A stretch of 28,122 nucleotides of DNA, from assembly GCA_041910415.1 (NCBI GenBank), contig JAYRQX010000462.1:1-28122 (forward strand), given 5' to 3'. The translations under genes were made by a program, and so were the position numbers. This document shows positions 1 through 8,102 of this stretch, in pieces. Source of the DNA: Acetobacteraceae bacterium. Its GTDB lineage: Bacteria; Pseudomonadota; Alphaproteobacteria; Acetobacterales; Acetobacteraceae. The first letter of the stretch is position 1, and each line of letters starts with the position of its first letter. The notes beneath the pieces are model-generated. The model saw only the letters and a program-made list of their open reading frames with translations. It had not been told where the DNA came from and made no database searches.

Positions 1-1
1 G

Positions 2-502
2 AGCGATGCCGGCGGCGTGCGGCTGCGCCTGCCCGATGCCGCATCCGTCGCCGCGGCGCGCGACGCCATGGCCACCGCGCCCGCCATCGCGCGGCACGCG
101 GTCGAGGGCTTTCTCGTCGAGGAGATGGCGACCCCTGGCCACGAGTTGGTCATCGGCGGCACGCGTGACGAAAAATTCGGGCCGGTGATCATGCTGGGCC
201 TCGGCGGCATTTTCGTGGAGGTGTTCCAGGATGTCGTCTTCCGCCTCTGCCCGATCCGGCGGCATGAGGCGCGCGACATGCTCGCCACCCTCCGCAGCCT
301 GCCCGTGCTGCGTGGCGCGCGCGGTGGCGTGGTGGCGGATGAGGACGCCATCGTGGAGGTGCTGCTGCGCGTGGGCGGCGCCGACGGGCTGCTGATGCGG
401 CGCCCCGATATCGCGGAGCTCGACATCAACCCGCTGATCGTCGGCGCGCGCGGCGCCGTCGCCGCCGATGCGCGCATCCTGCTGGCGGAGGCCGCGGCGT
501 GA
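2..502 (+). CDS. ATP-grasp (beta-type) subunit of an NDP-forming acyl-CoA synthetase, 5'-truncated by the window edge
   Basis: Frame is open from base 2 (SDAGGVRL...). Motifs ELVIGGTRDEKFGPVIMLGLGGIFVEVFQD and ELDINPL are typical of the ATP-grasp domain of acetate/acyl-CoA ligases (ADP-forming). The stop overlaps the next start (GTGA). Confidence 0.85.
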   Translation, partial: SDAGGVRLRLPDAASVAAARDAMATAPAIARHAVEGFLVEEMATPGHELVIGGTRDEKFGPVIMLGLGGIFVEVFQDVVFRLCPIRRHEARDMLATLRSLPVLRGARGGVVADEDAIVEVLLRVGGADGLLMRRPDIAELDINPLIVGARGAVAADARILLAEAAA

Positions 503-1941
503 CGGACCCGCTTGCGATCTTCGCGCCCTTGTTCACGCCGCGCAGCATCGCCGTGCTCGGCGCCTCGCCCAGCGGCACCGGCCAGGGCAACAATTTCATC
601 CGTGCGCTGCGCGCCTACGGCTTCGACGGCGTGATCCGCCCCATCCACCAGACGGCGGAGCAGGTCGAAGGCCTGCCGGCCTTCCCCAGCCTGGCCGCGA
701 CGCCGGAGCCGATCGACTACGCCTATGTCGCCATCGGCGCGGAGCGCGTTGCGGACGCGCTTTCCGCCGGCGCCGGGCGCCTGCGCTTCGCGCAGGTGAT
801 GTCGAGCGGCTTCGCGGAATCAGGCGGCGGCACGGCGCTGCAGGACCGGCTGGTCGCGGTCGCGCGCCAGGCCGGCATCCGCGTGCTCGGCCCCAATTGC
901 CTCGGCACCCATTCGCCGCGCGGGCGCATGAGCTTCGTCCCCGGCGCCTCGGCGGAACTCGGCAGCGTCGGCATCCTGGCGCAGAGCGGCGGTCTCTCGC
1001 TCGACATGCTGAGGCGCGGGGAGCGGCGCGGGCTGCGCTTTTCGGGCCTGGTGACCATCGGCAATTGCGCCGATCTCGGTCCCGCCGAGTTGCTGGAATT
1101 CTTCCTCGCCGACCCCGCGACGCGCGTCATCGGCCTCTACCTGGAAGACGTGCGCGACGCGCGCGCGCTGTTCGAGGTGCTGCGGCGCGGCACCAAGCCC
1201 GTCGTTTTGCTCAAGGGCGGGCAGACCGCGGAAGGCCAGCGTGCCGCCGCATCGCATACCGGCTCGCTCGCTTCGGATCATCGGCTCTGGCAGGCGCTGG
1301 CGCGGCAGACCGGCACGGCGCTGGTCAACACGCTCGACCAGTTCATCGACGCGCTGCTGGCCTTCCAGGTGCTGACGCCGCGCCCGCAAAGCCCGCTGCG
1401 CGATGTCGTGCTGTTCGGCAATGGCGGCGGCACCAGCGTGCTCGCCAGCGACGCGTTCGCGCGCCAAGGCCTGCGCCTCACGCGCTTCGGGGCCGAGGTG
1501 CAGACCGCGATGGCCGAGCTGAAGGTCCCCGCCGGCTCCTCGCTTGCCAACCCGATCGACGTGCCCGCGGGATCGCTGCGCGCCGAGGATGGGCGCATCG
1601 GCGAGCGCATCCTCGCGAACCTCTACGATCTCGCGGCGCCCGACGCCGTCGTGATGCACCTGAACATGCCCGTCATCACCGCCTATCCCGGCTTCGACCT
1701 GCTCGGCCGGCTGATGGAAGCGGCGGTGCAGCAGCGCGCGCGCCACCTAGGCGCCGGCCATTTCGTGCTCGTCCTGCGCTCGGACGGCGAACCGGAGATC
1801 GAAGCCCGACGCCAGGCCTATCGCGAACGCGCCATCGCGGCCGGCATTCCCGTCTTCGACGAGATCCCCGCCGCCGCCGGCGCGCTGGCGGCGCTGGCGG
1901 CCCACGAAGCCTGGTGCCGCGCGGAAACCGAGGAGGACTAG
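499..1941 (+). CDS. CoA-binding (alpha-type) subunit of an NDP-forming acyl-CoA synthetase
   Basis: N-terminal PRSIAVLGAS, GPNCLG, AQSGG, GLYLE, the phospho-His motif AASHTGSLA and NPIDV. 4-nt overlap with the upstream gene. Confidence 0.88.
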   Translation: MTDPLAIFAPLFTPRSIAVLGASPSGTGQGNNFIRALRAYGFDGVIRPIHQTAEQVEGLPAFPSLAATPEPIDYAYVAIGAERVADALSAGAGRLRFAQVMSSGFAESGGGTALQDRLVAVARQAGIRVLGPNCLGTHSPRGRMSFVPGASAELGSVGILAQSGGLSLDMLRRGERRGLRFSGLVTIGNCADLGPAELLEFFLADPATRVIGLYLEDVRDARALFEVLRRGTKPVVLLKGGQTAEGQRAAASHTGSLASDHRLWQALARQTGTALVNTLDQFIDALLAFQVLTPRPQSPLRDVVLFGNGGGTSVLASDAFARQGLRLTRFGAEVQTAMAELKVPAGSSLANPIDVPAGSLRAEDGRIGERILANLYDLAAPDAVVMHLNMPVITAYPGFDLLGRLMEAAVQQRARHLGAGHFVLVLRSDGEPEIEARRQAYRERAIAAGIPVFDEIPAAAGALAALAAHEAWCRAETEED

Positions 1942-1944
1942 CCC

Positions 1945-2904
1945 ATGCTGCGGCGCCGGCATTTCTACCCGCTGCTTGCCGCCCCGGTCTTCGCACAAGG
2001 CGCATTCGCACAGGGCGACTGGCCCGCGCGCACGGTCCGGCTCGTCGTGCCCTATCCGCCCGGCGGCACCAGCGACATCCTCGCGCGTCCCTTCGGCGAG
2101 TTCCTGCGCCAGCGGCTCGGGCAGACGGTGGTGCTCGACAACCGCCCGGGCGCCTCGACCAACATCGGCAACGAGGCCGTCGCGCGCGCCGAGCCCGACG
2201 GCTACACGCTGCTGTTCGGCCAGGCCTCCATGATCGGCAACGTCTTCACAGGCCCGGTGCCGAACTACGATCCGCGTCACGCCTTCGCGCCGATCAGCCT
2301 GGTGGCGCGGGTGCCCTATATGCTCGCCGCCAACACCGCCTTCGCCGCGCGGGATGTCGAATCCTTCCTCCGTCTCGCCCGCGCCAATCCCGGGCAGTAC
2401 AGGATCGCCTCGGCGCAGCTCGATTTCCAGGTGGCGCAGATGGCGCGGCGCGCGGGGATCGAGATCGAGCACGTCGCGTATCGCGGCGGCGCGCAGGCCA
2501 CGGGCGACTGCATCGCCGGCCAGGTGGAGATGGTCTTTGCCCTCGTGCCCGTGCTGCTGCCCTTCATCCGCGACGGCGCCCTGCGCGCGATCGGCGTCAC
2601 CAGCGCGGCGCGCAGCCCCGTGCTGCCGGAGACACGGAGCTTCCGGGAAGGCGGCGTCGCGAACCTGGATTCCGGCACCTGGTACGGGTTGTTCGCGCCG
2701 GCCGGGACACCGCAGGCCATCGTGCAGCGACTGGCATCGGACGTGGCGGCCTTCGCTTCCGATGCCGCCATCGTGGCGCGGCTTGGCGCCCAGGGCTACC
2801 GGCCGGAAAGCTCGTCGCCCGAGCAGCTCACGCAGATTTTCCGGCGCACGGCCGAGGACTACGCGCAGGTCGTCCGCGAGCTGGACTGGCGCCCCGCCCG
2901 CTGA
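1945..2904 (+). CDS. Bug/TctC-family tripartite tricarboxylate transporter substrate-binding protein (Bug-1)
   Basis: Signal peptide (MLRRRHF...AFAQ), WPARTVRLVVPYPPGGTSD, DNRPGA, PDGYTLL, YRGG and WYGLFAPAGTP. Confidence 0.92.
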   Translation: MLRRRHFYPLLAAPVFAQGAFAQGDWPARTVRLVVPYPPGGTSDILARPFGEFLRQRLGQTVVLDNRPGASTNIGNEAVARAEPDGYTLLFGQASMIGNVFTGPVPNYDPRHAFAPISLVARVPYMLAANTAFAARDVESFLRLARANPGQYRIASAQLDFQVAQMARRAGIEIEHVAYRGGAQATGDCIAGQVEMVFALVPVLLPFIRDGALRAIGVTSAARSPVLPETRSFREGGVANLDSGTWYGLFAPAGTPQAIVQRLASDVAAFASDAAIVARLGAQGYRPESSSPEQLTQIFRRTAEDYAQVVRELDWRPAR

Positions 2905-2913
2905 GGCGGGGCG
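2890..2913. terminator. GC hairpin between convergent genes (possible bidirectional terminator or RNA-stabilising stem)
   Basis: Perfect 9-bp stem CGCCCCGCC-cgctga-GGCGGGGCG with the Bug-1 stop codon in the loop. No U-tract on either strand. Confidence 0.45.
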
Positions 2914-2919
2914 GCGAGG

Positions 2920-3528
2920 TCAGCCCAGCAGCGCCTGGCGGAACCGCATGCGCTGCGCGGGCGGATCGAGCAGGCGCTTGACCTGTGGCGGCGGCGTCGG
3001 CCGCACGCGCATCAGGATGAAGGCGGTGCCGTCGGTCTCGCGCAGCATGCGGCGGCCGACCGGGATTTCCTGCGTGTGGGTGATGGTCGTCGTCGTGCGG
3101 ATGCCCGAACCGATGGCGATCTTCTCGATATCGACGCCATAGCCCGTGTGGCTGCGCTGGTAGCCCGTCTCGCCGAAATGGCCGTTGTCGATGCAGATGA
3201 TGCGCAGGTTCTTCGGATCGCGCACGGCGATGGTGGCCAGCGATCCGACATTCATCATCAGCTCCGCATCGCCCGTCAGCACGATGACCGTCCGCTCCGG
3301 CTGCGCGAGCGCGAGGCCGAGGCCCATCATCGCCGCGGCGCCCATGGTGCCCGCCATGGAGAAATGCGTCGGTCCATCGTTCAGCAGCGACGCCGCATCG
3401 CGCGAGGTGCCCGCGAGGCCGCCGATGAACAGGAAATCCCTGGGATCGCCGATCAGGGCCGGCACCGCATCGCAGCGGTCCAGCACATAGTCGGGAAGCT
3501 CGATGGCCCGGGGTGGCAGCGTCTTCAT
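2920..3528 (-). CDS. ThDP-binding (beta) subunit of a sulfopyruvate/phosphonopyruvate decarboxylase-like enzyme (ComE-like)
   Basis: GTMGAA...GLGLALAQPER followed by the ThDP/Mg motif variant GDAELMMNVGSLATIA...IDNGHFGETG. Confidence 0.82.
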   Translation of the reverse strand: MKTLPPRAIELPDYVLDRCDAVPALIGDPRDFLFIGGLAGTSRDAASLLNDGPTHFSMAGTMGAAAMMGLGLALAQPERTVIVLTGDAELMMNVGSLATIAVRDPKNLRIICIDNGHFGETGYQRSHTGYGVDIEKIAIGSGIRTTTTITHTQEIPVGRRMLRETDGTAFILMRVRPTPPPQVKRLLDPPAQRMRFRQALLG

Positions 3529-3549
3529 CTCGGTCTCTCCCGCCGTGTC

Positions 3550-4095
3550 CTAGAATTTCTTCGCGCCGAGAAGCTTCTGCGTCAGCAGGATCGCGATCCC
3601 CTCGCCGCTCTGGAACGCCATCGTCGTGGCCGCCTTTGCGGTGGGCACGACATCCTCCGGCCGGTCCACGCGCAGGCACTGCACGCCCATCGCGTTCAGC
3701 ACGGGCTCGACGGCCTTGCCCATCGGCATCTGCCAGGGATTCCCCTCCCCGAAATCGCCACGCATGCTGACGATAGTGAGCAGCGGAAAGCGGCAGCCGC
3801 TGACGAAGGAGAGGAAGTTGATGCAGTTGCCGACGCCGCTGCTCTGCATCATCACCACGGACCGCGCCCCGCCGAGATCGGCGCCCGCGGCCATGGCGAC
3901 GCCTTCCTCCTCGGTCGTCAGCGCGATGGATTCCACCGCCGGGTCGGCGATCGACTCATCGATCAGGATGGCGTGGCCGGCATCGGGCACGTAGGAGAAT
4001 TGCGTGACCCCGGCTTCGCGCAGCGTCCTGTAGAGGTCGTATTGCCAACCCGTCTTCGCGGCCTTGCCGCCCGCCGCGGCTGCACCTTCGGCCAT
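3550..4095 (-). CDS. Pyrimidine-binding (alpha) subunit of a sulfopyruvate/phosphonopyruvate decarboxylase-like enzyme (ComD-like)
   Basis: YVPDAGH, TTEEEGVA (conserved ThDP-activating Glu), MQSSGVGNCIN and RGDFGEGNPWQ. Strong SD (GAGGAGGA) upstream. 21 nt from the beta subunit. Confidence 0.85.
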   Translation of the reverse strand: MAEGAAAAGGKAAKTGWQYDLYRTLREAGVTQFSYVPDAGHAILIDESIADPAVESIALTTEEEGVAMAAGADLGGARSVVMMQSSGVGNCINFLSFVSGCRFPLLTIVSMRGDFGEGNPWQMPMGKAVEPVLNAMGVQCLRVDRPEDVVPTAKAATTMAFQSGEGIAILLTQKLLGAKKF

Positions 4096-4197
4096 GCCAT
4101 TCCTCCTCGCCCACCTCGCCCGTCGCGCGAGCGCGCAAGGCCGAGTGTGCCTGCTGGCGCGGAACTGCCAAGCCCCTTTCCGCTGATGCGCGTGCCC

Positions 4198-5160
4198 TCA
4201 GCCGCCCTCGCGGATGCCGGCCGAACGGATGACCGGCTCCCAGATCCGGCGCGTCTCCAGGATCTCCGCCCGGTAGGCCGCGGGCGAATTATAGGCGGAC
4301 TGCCAGAGCAACTGGCGCATCCGCTCCTGCACCGCGGGAACCTCGAGCGCACGGCCGATCGCGCGGTGCCAGAAGGTGACCCATTCGTCGGGCGTTCCGG
4401 CCGCGAGCACCATGCCGTAGGTCACGTCGCCCACGAAGCCCGGCAGCACGTCGCGCATCAATCCGACATCGGGCAGCACGGCTTCGCGTTCGGCAGACGC
4501 GGACGCGATCGGACGCAGCCGCCCGTCGCGAATGAAGGGCAGCGATTCCGGCAGCAGGCTGAAATAGAGATGCGCATTCCCGGCCATGATGTCCATCAGC
4601 GCCGGCGTGCCGCCGCGATACTGCACGCTCTCCATCGTGATCCGCGCTTCCATCATCATCCGCACGGCCAGCAGATGCGTCATGCCGCCGGCACCGGAAT
4701 TGCCGATGTTGAGGCGGCCCGGATTGGCCCGGGCATAGGCGACGAGCCCGGCAAGGTTCGTGTAGGGGGCTCCGGGCTGGCCCACCAGCACCATCGGCAC
4801 GCGCACCAGGTTGGTCAGCGGCAGCAGCGCACGGTCGGGGTCGATCGGCAGGTTGCTGCCAGGAATGATGGGCGCATTCGCGAGATTGGCGGTGGCGGAC
4901 AGCGCGAGGGTGTGGCCGTCGGGCGGCGCATTGGCCACGGCCTGCATCGCAATGAAGGTGCCGGCGCCGCTCCGGTTCTCGACCACCACCAGGCGCCCGC
5001 CAAGCATGGGCGTGAGGTGCTCCGCGAGCAGCCGGCCCAGGATATCCACCGTGCCGCCGGGTGCGAAGGGAACGATGAGACGGACATTCTGCGTGAGCGT
5101 CTGCGCCTCGGCGCGGAGGCCGAACAGCATGACCAGCACAACGACAATGGCGCGCATCAT
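4198..5160 (-). CDS. Bug/TctC-family substrate-binding protein (Bug-2)
   Basis: Signal peptide, VRLIVPFAPGGTVD, VENRSGAG, PDGHTL, GNSGAGGMTHL and YRGG. Confidence 0.9.
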   Translation of the reverse strand: MMRAIVVVLVMLFGLRAEAQTLTQNVRLIVPFAPGGTVDILGRLLAEHLTPMLGGRLVVVENRSGAGTFIAMQAVANAPPDGHTLALSATANLANAPIIPGSNLPIDPDRALLPLTNLVRVPMVLVGQPGAPYTNLAGLVAYARANPGRLNIGNSGAGGMTHLLAVRMMMEARITMESVQYRGGTPALMDIMAGNAHLYFSLLPESLPFIRDGRLRPIASASAEREAVLPDVGLMRDVLPGFVGDVTYGMVLAAGTPDEWVTFWHRAIGRALEVPAVQERMRQLLWQSAYNSPAAYRAEILETRRIWEPVIRSAGIREGG

Positions 5161-5340
5161 CCCAGCATCCCCGGCAGCGGTGGCGCGGAAGGCTAGAGCA
5201 TGGGGCGCGCGGCGTGCGACAGCTTTCTGTCGGGGCTGCGCCTTGCTTTCACGCGTGCCGGAGGCCGTCCTGGCCTGCAGCGCCTCAGCCCTGGGCAGAG
5301 CCGCCGCGACGATGGGCAGGACAGGCGGCCCGGTGCTGCG

Positions 5341-6987
5341 TCATGCGGCGGCGCGGTCCGCTGCTGCCGCCGCCGAGGCGAGGATCATGGCGGCGCATTT
5401 CTCGCCGATCATGATGCAGGGCGCGTTGGTGTTGCCGCTGGTCAGCGTCGGCATGATGGAGGCATCGGCGATCCGCAGCCCCGCGATCCCGTGCACGCGG
5501 AGCTCGTGATCCACCACCGCCATCGGATCCGACCCCATCCTGCAGGTGCCCACGGGGTGGAAGGTGGTCTCGGCGTTGTGGCGCACCCACTCCACCAATT
5601 CCGCGTCAGTCTGCAGGTGCCGCCCCGGCGCGATCTCCTCGCCGGTGATCTCCTTGACCGGCGACGTCGCCATCAGTTCCCGCGCCTTGCGGATCGCGGC
5701 GACGACACCGTCGCGGTCATGCTGCGTCGACAGGAAATTGAAGCGGATCGCCGGCGGCGCGGACGCATCGGCGGATGTCACATGCACGGACCCCGTGCTC
5801 TCCGACCGCAGGACATTCACATTCATGGTGATGCCCGGCCGGCGCGACACGCGACGCTCCCGCCCGATCATCTCGTAGAGGAAAGGCAGGACCGAGACGG
5901 TCGCATCCGGCGCCTCCAGCCCCGGCCGCGTGCGGAAATACATGCGCAGGGGAACCGCCGTCGAGGCCAGGAAGCCATCGCCGCTCAGCGCGTAGCGGAT
6001 CGCCTCGCGCGCCAGGCGCCAGCCCCGGCCCTGGTCGCTCCGCGTCGCGAGCGGCTCGGTGATCGCGAACTTGATGCGGGGCGAGTAGTGGTCGCGCAGA
6101 TTCTCGCCCACGCCCTTCAGCGTGTGCATGGGCTCGATCCCGAGCCCGCGCAGCACATCCGGCTGGCCGATGCCGGAGAGTTCCAGCAGCTTGGGCGAGT
6201 TGATGGAACCGCTGGAGACGATGACCTCCCGCGCCGCCCGCGCCGCCCGCCTGTCGGTGCCGACCGCGTAGCGAACGCCGACGCAGCGCCTGCCGTCCAG
6301 TAGGAGCGTCTCGGCCAGGGCTCCCTGCTCGATGACGAGATTCCGCCGCGACCGCGCGGGGTCGAGATAGGCGTAAGCCGTGCTCTGGCGACGGCCCTTC
6401 GCGATCGTCACCTGCGACATCGCTATGCCATCCTGGGACGCGCCGTTCAGGTCGTTGTTGTAGGGAAGGCCGATGCGCGCCGCCGCCTCGATCATCGCCT
6501 CCAGCACCGGCACCTCGCCCCGCGGCGTGTCGGTCACGCGCAGCGGTCCGCTGCGGCCGCGGTACTCGTCGGACCCGCCGTCATAGCTCTCCATGCGCTT
6601 GAACAGCGGCAGCACGTCATCCCAGCTCCAGCCGCGATTGCCGAGCTGCGCCCAGTGGTCGTAGTCCTGCCGCTGGCCGCGGATGTAGACCATGCCGTTG
6701 ATCGCGCTGGACCCGCCGAGCATCCGCCCCCGCGGCACGTCGATCCGCCGCCCGCCCGAGCCTTCGTCGGGTTCGGCGGAGAAGCACCAGTTCACCGCGG
6801 GATTGTCGATCATCTTCGACACGCCGACAGGGATGCGCGACCAGAAATAGCCCGATCCCTCGGTGCCGGCTTCGAGCAGGAGGACGCGATACGCGCCGCT
6901 CTCGCTCAGCCGGCTCGCCACGACCGCGCCGGACGAGCCTGCGCCGACGACGATGTAGTCATAGGTGGCAGGCGCTGCAGACGACAT
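5341..6987 (-). CDS. GMC-family FAD oxidoreductase (choline dehydrogenase-like, substrate unknown)
   Basis: YDYIVVGAGSSG Rossmann motif, RGRMLGGSSAINGMVYIRG, and the catalytic His/Asn pair (FHPVGTCRMG, GNTNAP). The start could instead be ATG 6996. Confidence 0.92.
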   Translation of the reverse strand: MSSAAPATYDYIVVGAGSSGAVVASRLSESGAYRVLLLEAGTEGSGYFWSRIPVGVSKMIDNPAVNWCFSAEPDEGSGGRRIDVPRGRMLGGSSAINGMVYIRGQRQDYDHWAQLGNRGWSWDDVLPLFKRMESYDGGSDEYRGRSGPLRVTDTPRGEVPVLEAMIEAAARIGLPYNNDLNGASQDGIAMSQVTIAKGRRQSTAYAYLDPARSRRNLVIEQGALAETLLLDGRRCVGVRYAVGTDRRAARAAREVIVSSGSINSPKLLELSGIGQPDVLRGLGIEPMHTLKGVGENLRDHYSPRIKFAITEPLATRSDQGRGWRLAREAIRYALSGDGFLASTAVPLRMYFRTRPGLEAPDATVSVLPFLYEMIGRERRVSRRPGITMNVNVLRSESTGSVHVTSADASAPPAIRFNFLSTQHDRDGVVAAIRKARELMATSPVKEITGEEIAPGRHLQTDAELVEWVRHNAETTFHPVGTCRMGSDPMAVVDHELRVHGIAGLRIADASIMPTLTSGNTNAPCIMIGEKCAAMILASAAAAADRAAA

Positions 6988-7066
6988 CAGGACCATCTTC
7001 CCCGGAAGCATTCGCCGCAGAGACTACCAAGCGCGGCGCGGTGCACCAAGGGAGCGCGCCACGGGA

Positions 7067-7807
7067 TCAGCCCGTCGATCCACCCTCATTGGGCTGGAGG
7101 TGTTCATGAAGCCGGGCGCGGGCGGCGTTGTGGACATGCCGCGTGGCGAGAAGGGCGGCCAGTTCCTCGTCCCCCTCGGCAACGGCCCAGAGGATCATGG
7201 CGTGTTCCTGCCAGTCCTGTACGGCGCGACGCCGGCTGTTGCGGCGGAAGACGAGTTCCGTGCGCTCGCGCAGCGGGCGCATCAGCTCCTGCAGCACGCG
7301 GTTCGCGCCGGCATCCACCAGGAGATCGTGGAAGCGGGCGTTGAGCCGTGCGAGTTCCTCCGCCTCCCCTGTCGCGGCGACGGCCTGGCCCTGTTCCAGC
7401 AGGCGGCGGATGCCCGCCAGTGCCTCCGGCTTGCGATGACGGGCCGCGAGGCGCGCGTTCAACCCTTCCAGAACCGCGCGCACTTCAATGAGGTCGCGGG
7501 CGAAATCGGGCGTGAGCGCCGCGACCTGCGCGCCGCGCTTGCCCGGCCCCTGCTCGGACGGCACGGCGAGGCCTTCGGCGACCAGTTGCTTGATCGCCTC
7601 GCGGATCGGCACGCGGGACATGCCGAAATCGGCGGAGAGCCGTTCCTCCACCAGCCGCTCCCCAGGCCGCAGCGCGCCGGAGAGGATGGCGCGGCGCAGC
7701 CTGCCGAGCGCCTGCCGGCTCAATGGCTCGCGTGAGGCCTCGTCACGGCGGTCCGGGTCGGTATCGATGGCTTCGCTGGGGGACATGGGCTCCGTACGAC
7801 CGGACAT
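7067..7807 (-). CDS. GntR-family (FadR/FCD-type) transcriptional regulator
   Basis: wHTH LRRAILSGALRPGERLVEERLSADFGMSRVPIREAI plus an FCD-type C-terminus (NARFH...EH..I...HV). The start could instead be ATG 7786. Confidence 0.93.
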   Translation of the reverse strand: MSGRTEPMSPSEAIDTDPDRRDEASREPLSRQALGRLRRAILSGALRPGERLVEERLSADFGMSRVPIREAIKQLVAEGLAVPSEQGPGKRGAQVAALTPDFARDLIEVRAVLEGLNARLAARHRKPEALAGIRRLLEQGQAVAATGEAEELARLNARFHDLLVDAGANRVLQELMRPLRERTELVFRRNSRRRAVQDWQEHAMILWAVAEGDEELAALLATRHVHNAARARLHEHLQPNEGGSTG

Positions 7808-7849
7808 GGCATGTGGAAGCAAGGACGCCAAGGGTCTTCGCTCGGCTTA

Positions 7850-7861
7850 TTTGCATACGAA
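7850..7861. promoter_or_regulatory. Candidate GntR operator, copy 1 (TTTGCATACGAA)
   Basis: 10/12 match to the perfect palindrome at 7999-8010. On the minus strand it lies immediately downstream of a TACTAT -10-like hexamer (7862-7867) pointing at gntR. Confidence 0.6.
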
Positions 7862-7998
7862 ATAGTACTTGGCTGCCTCCAGGGAAGGCACGCAACCAGC
7901 CCGGTATGCCGCCATTACCGATCATTTCTTCGTTCTATATGATTCTGCATGTTCTTTTTGATCGAAAACCCTCCCCCGAGAGGTTGACCTTTGCCGAC

Positions 7999-8010
7999 TT
8001 CGTATACGAA
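7999..8010. promoter_or_regulatory. Candidate GntR operator, copy 2 (perfect palindrome TTCGTATACGAA)
   Basis: Perfect 12-bp AT-rich palindrome with a GTATAC core in a GC-rich window, 9 nt downstream of a TTGACC -35-like hexamer (7984-7989), upstream of the transporter gene. Confidence 0.68.
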
Positions 8011-8102
8011 ACTCCCTCCCGCACCCGAAACCGGGTCGCCACGAAATCTGCCGCGCCGGGAGGCCGGCCGCACGCGTCGAACCTTTGGGGAGTGCTGGCT
8101 GA

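Noticed and set aside
468-2981. 837-aa plus-strand ORF, and similar long Arg/Ala/Pro-rich ORFs (3076-5196, 7935-9821, 21993-23363, 23260-24750, 24438-25733)
   Set aside because: Off-frame or antisense shadows of well-supported genes. Stop codons are scarce in GC-rich DNA and these have no recognisable motifs.
2920-4095. Phosphonate biosynthetic cluster suggested by the Ppd-like decarboxylase
   Set aside because: No PEP mutase or other phosphonate genes are in the window, and the context is catabolic.
5217-5232. CGACAG-cttt-CTGTCG stem between the GMC gene and Bug-2
   Set aside because: Only 6 bp with no supporting features.
7807-7820. Possible sigma-54 promoters (TGGCAT...GC near 7807; TGGCAG on the minus strand near 4170)
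   Set aside because: The GG-to-GC spacing is not the required 10 nt.
7902-7911. Third GTATGC core (CGGTATGCCG) as a GntR operator
   Set aside because: It shares the core but lacks the TT/AA flanks of the other two copies. Too weak to call without binding data.
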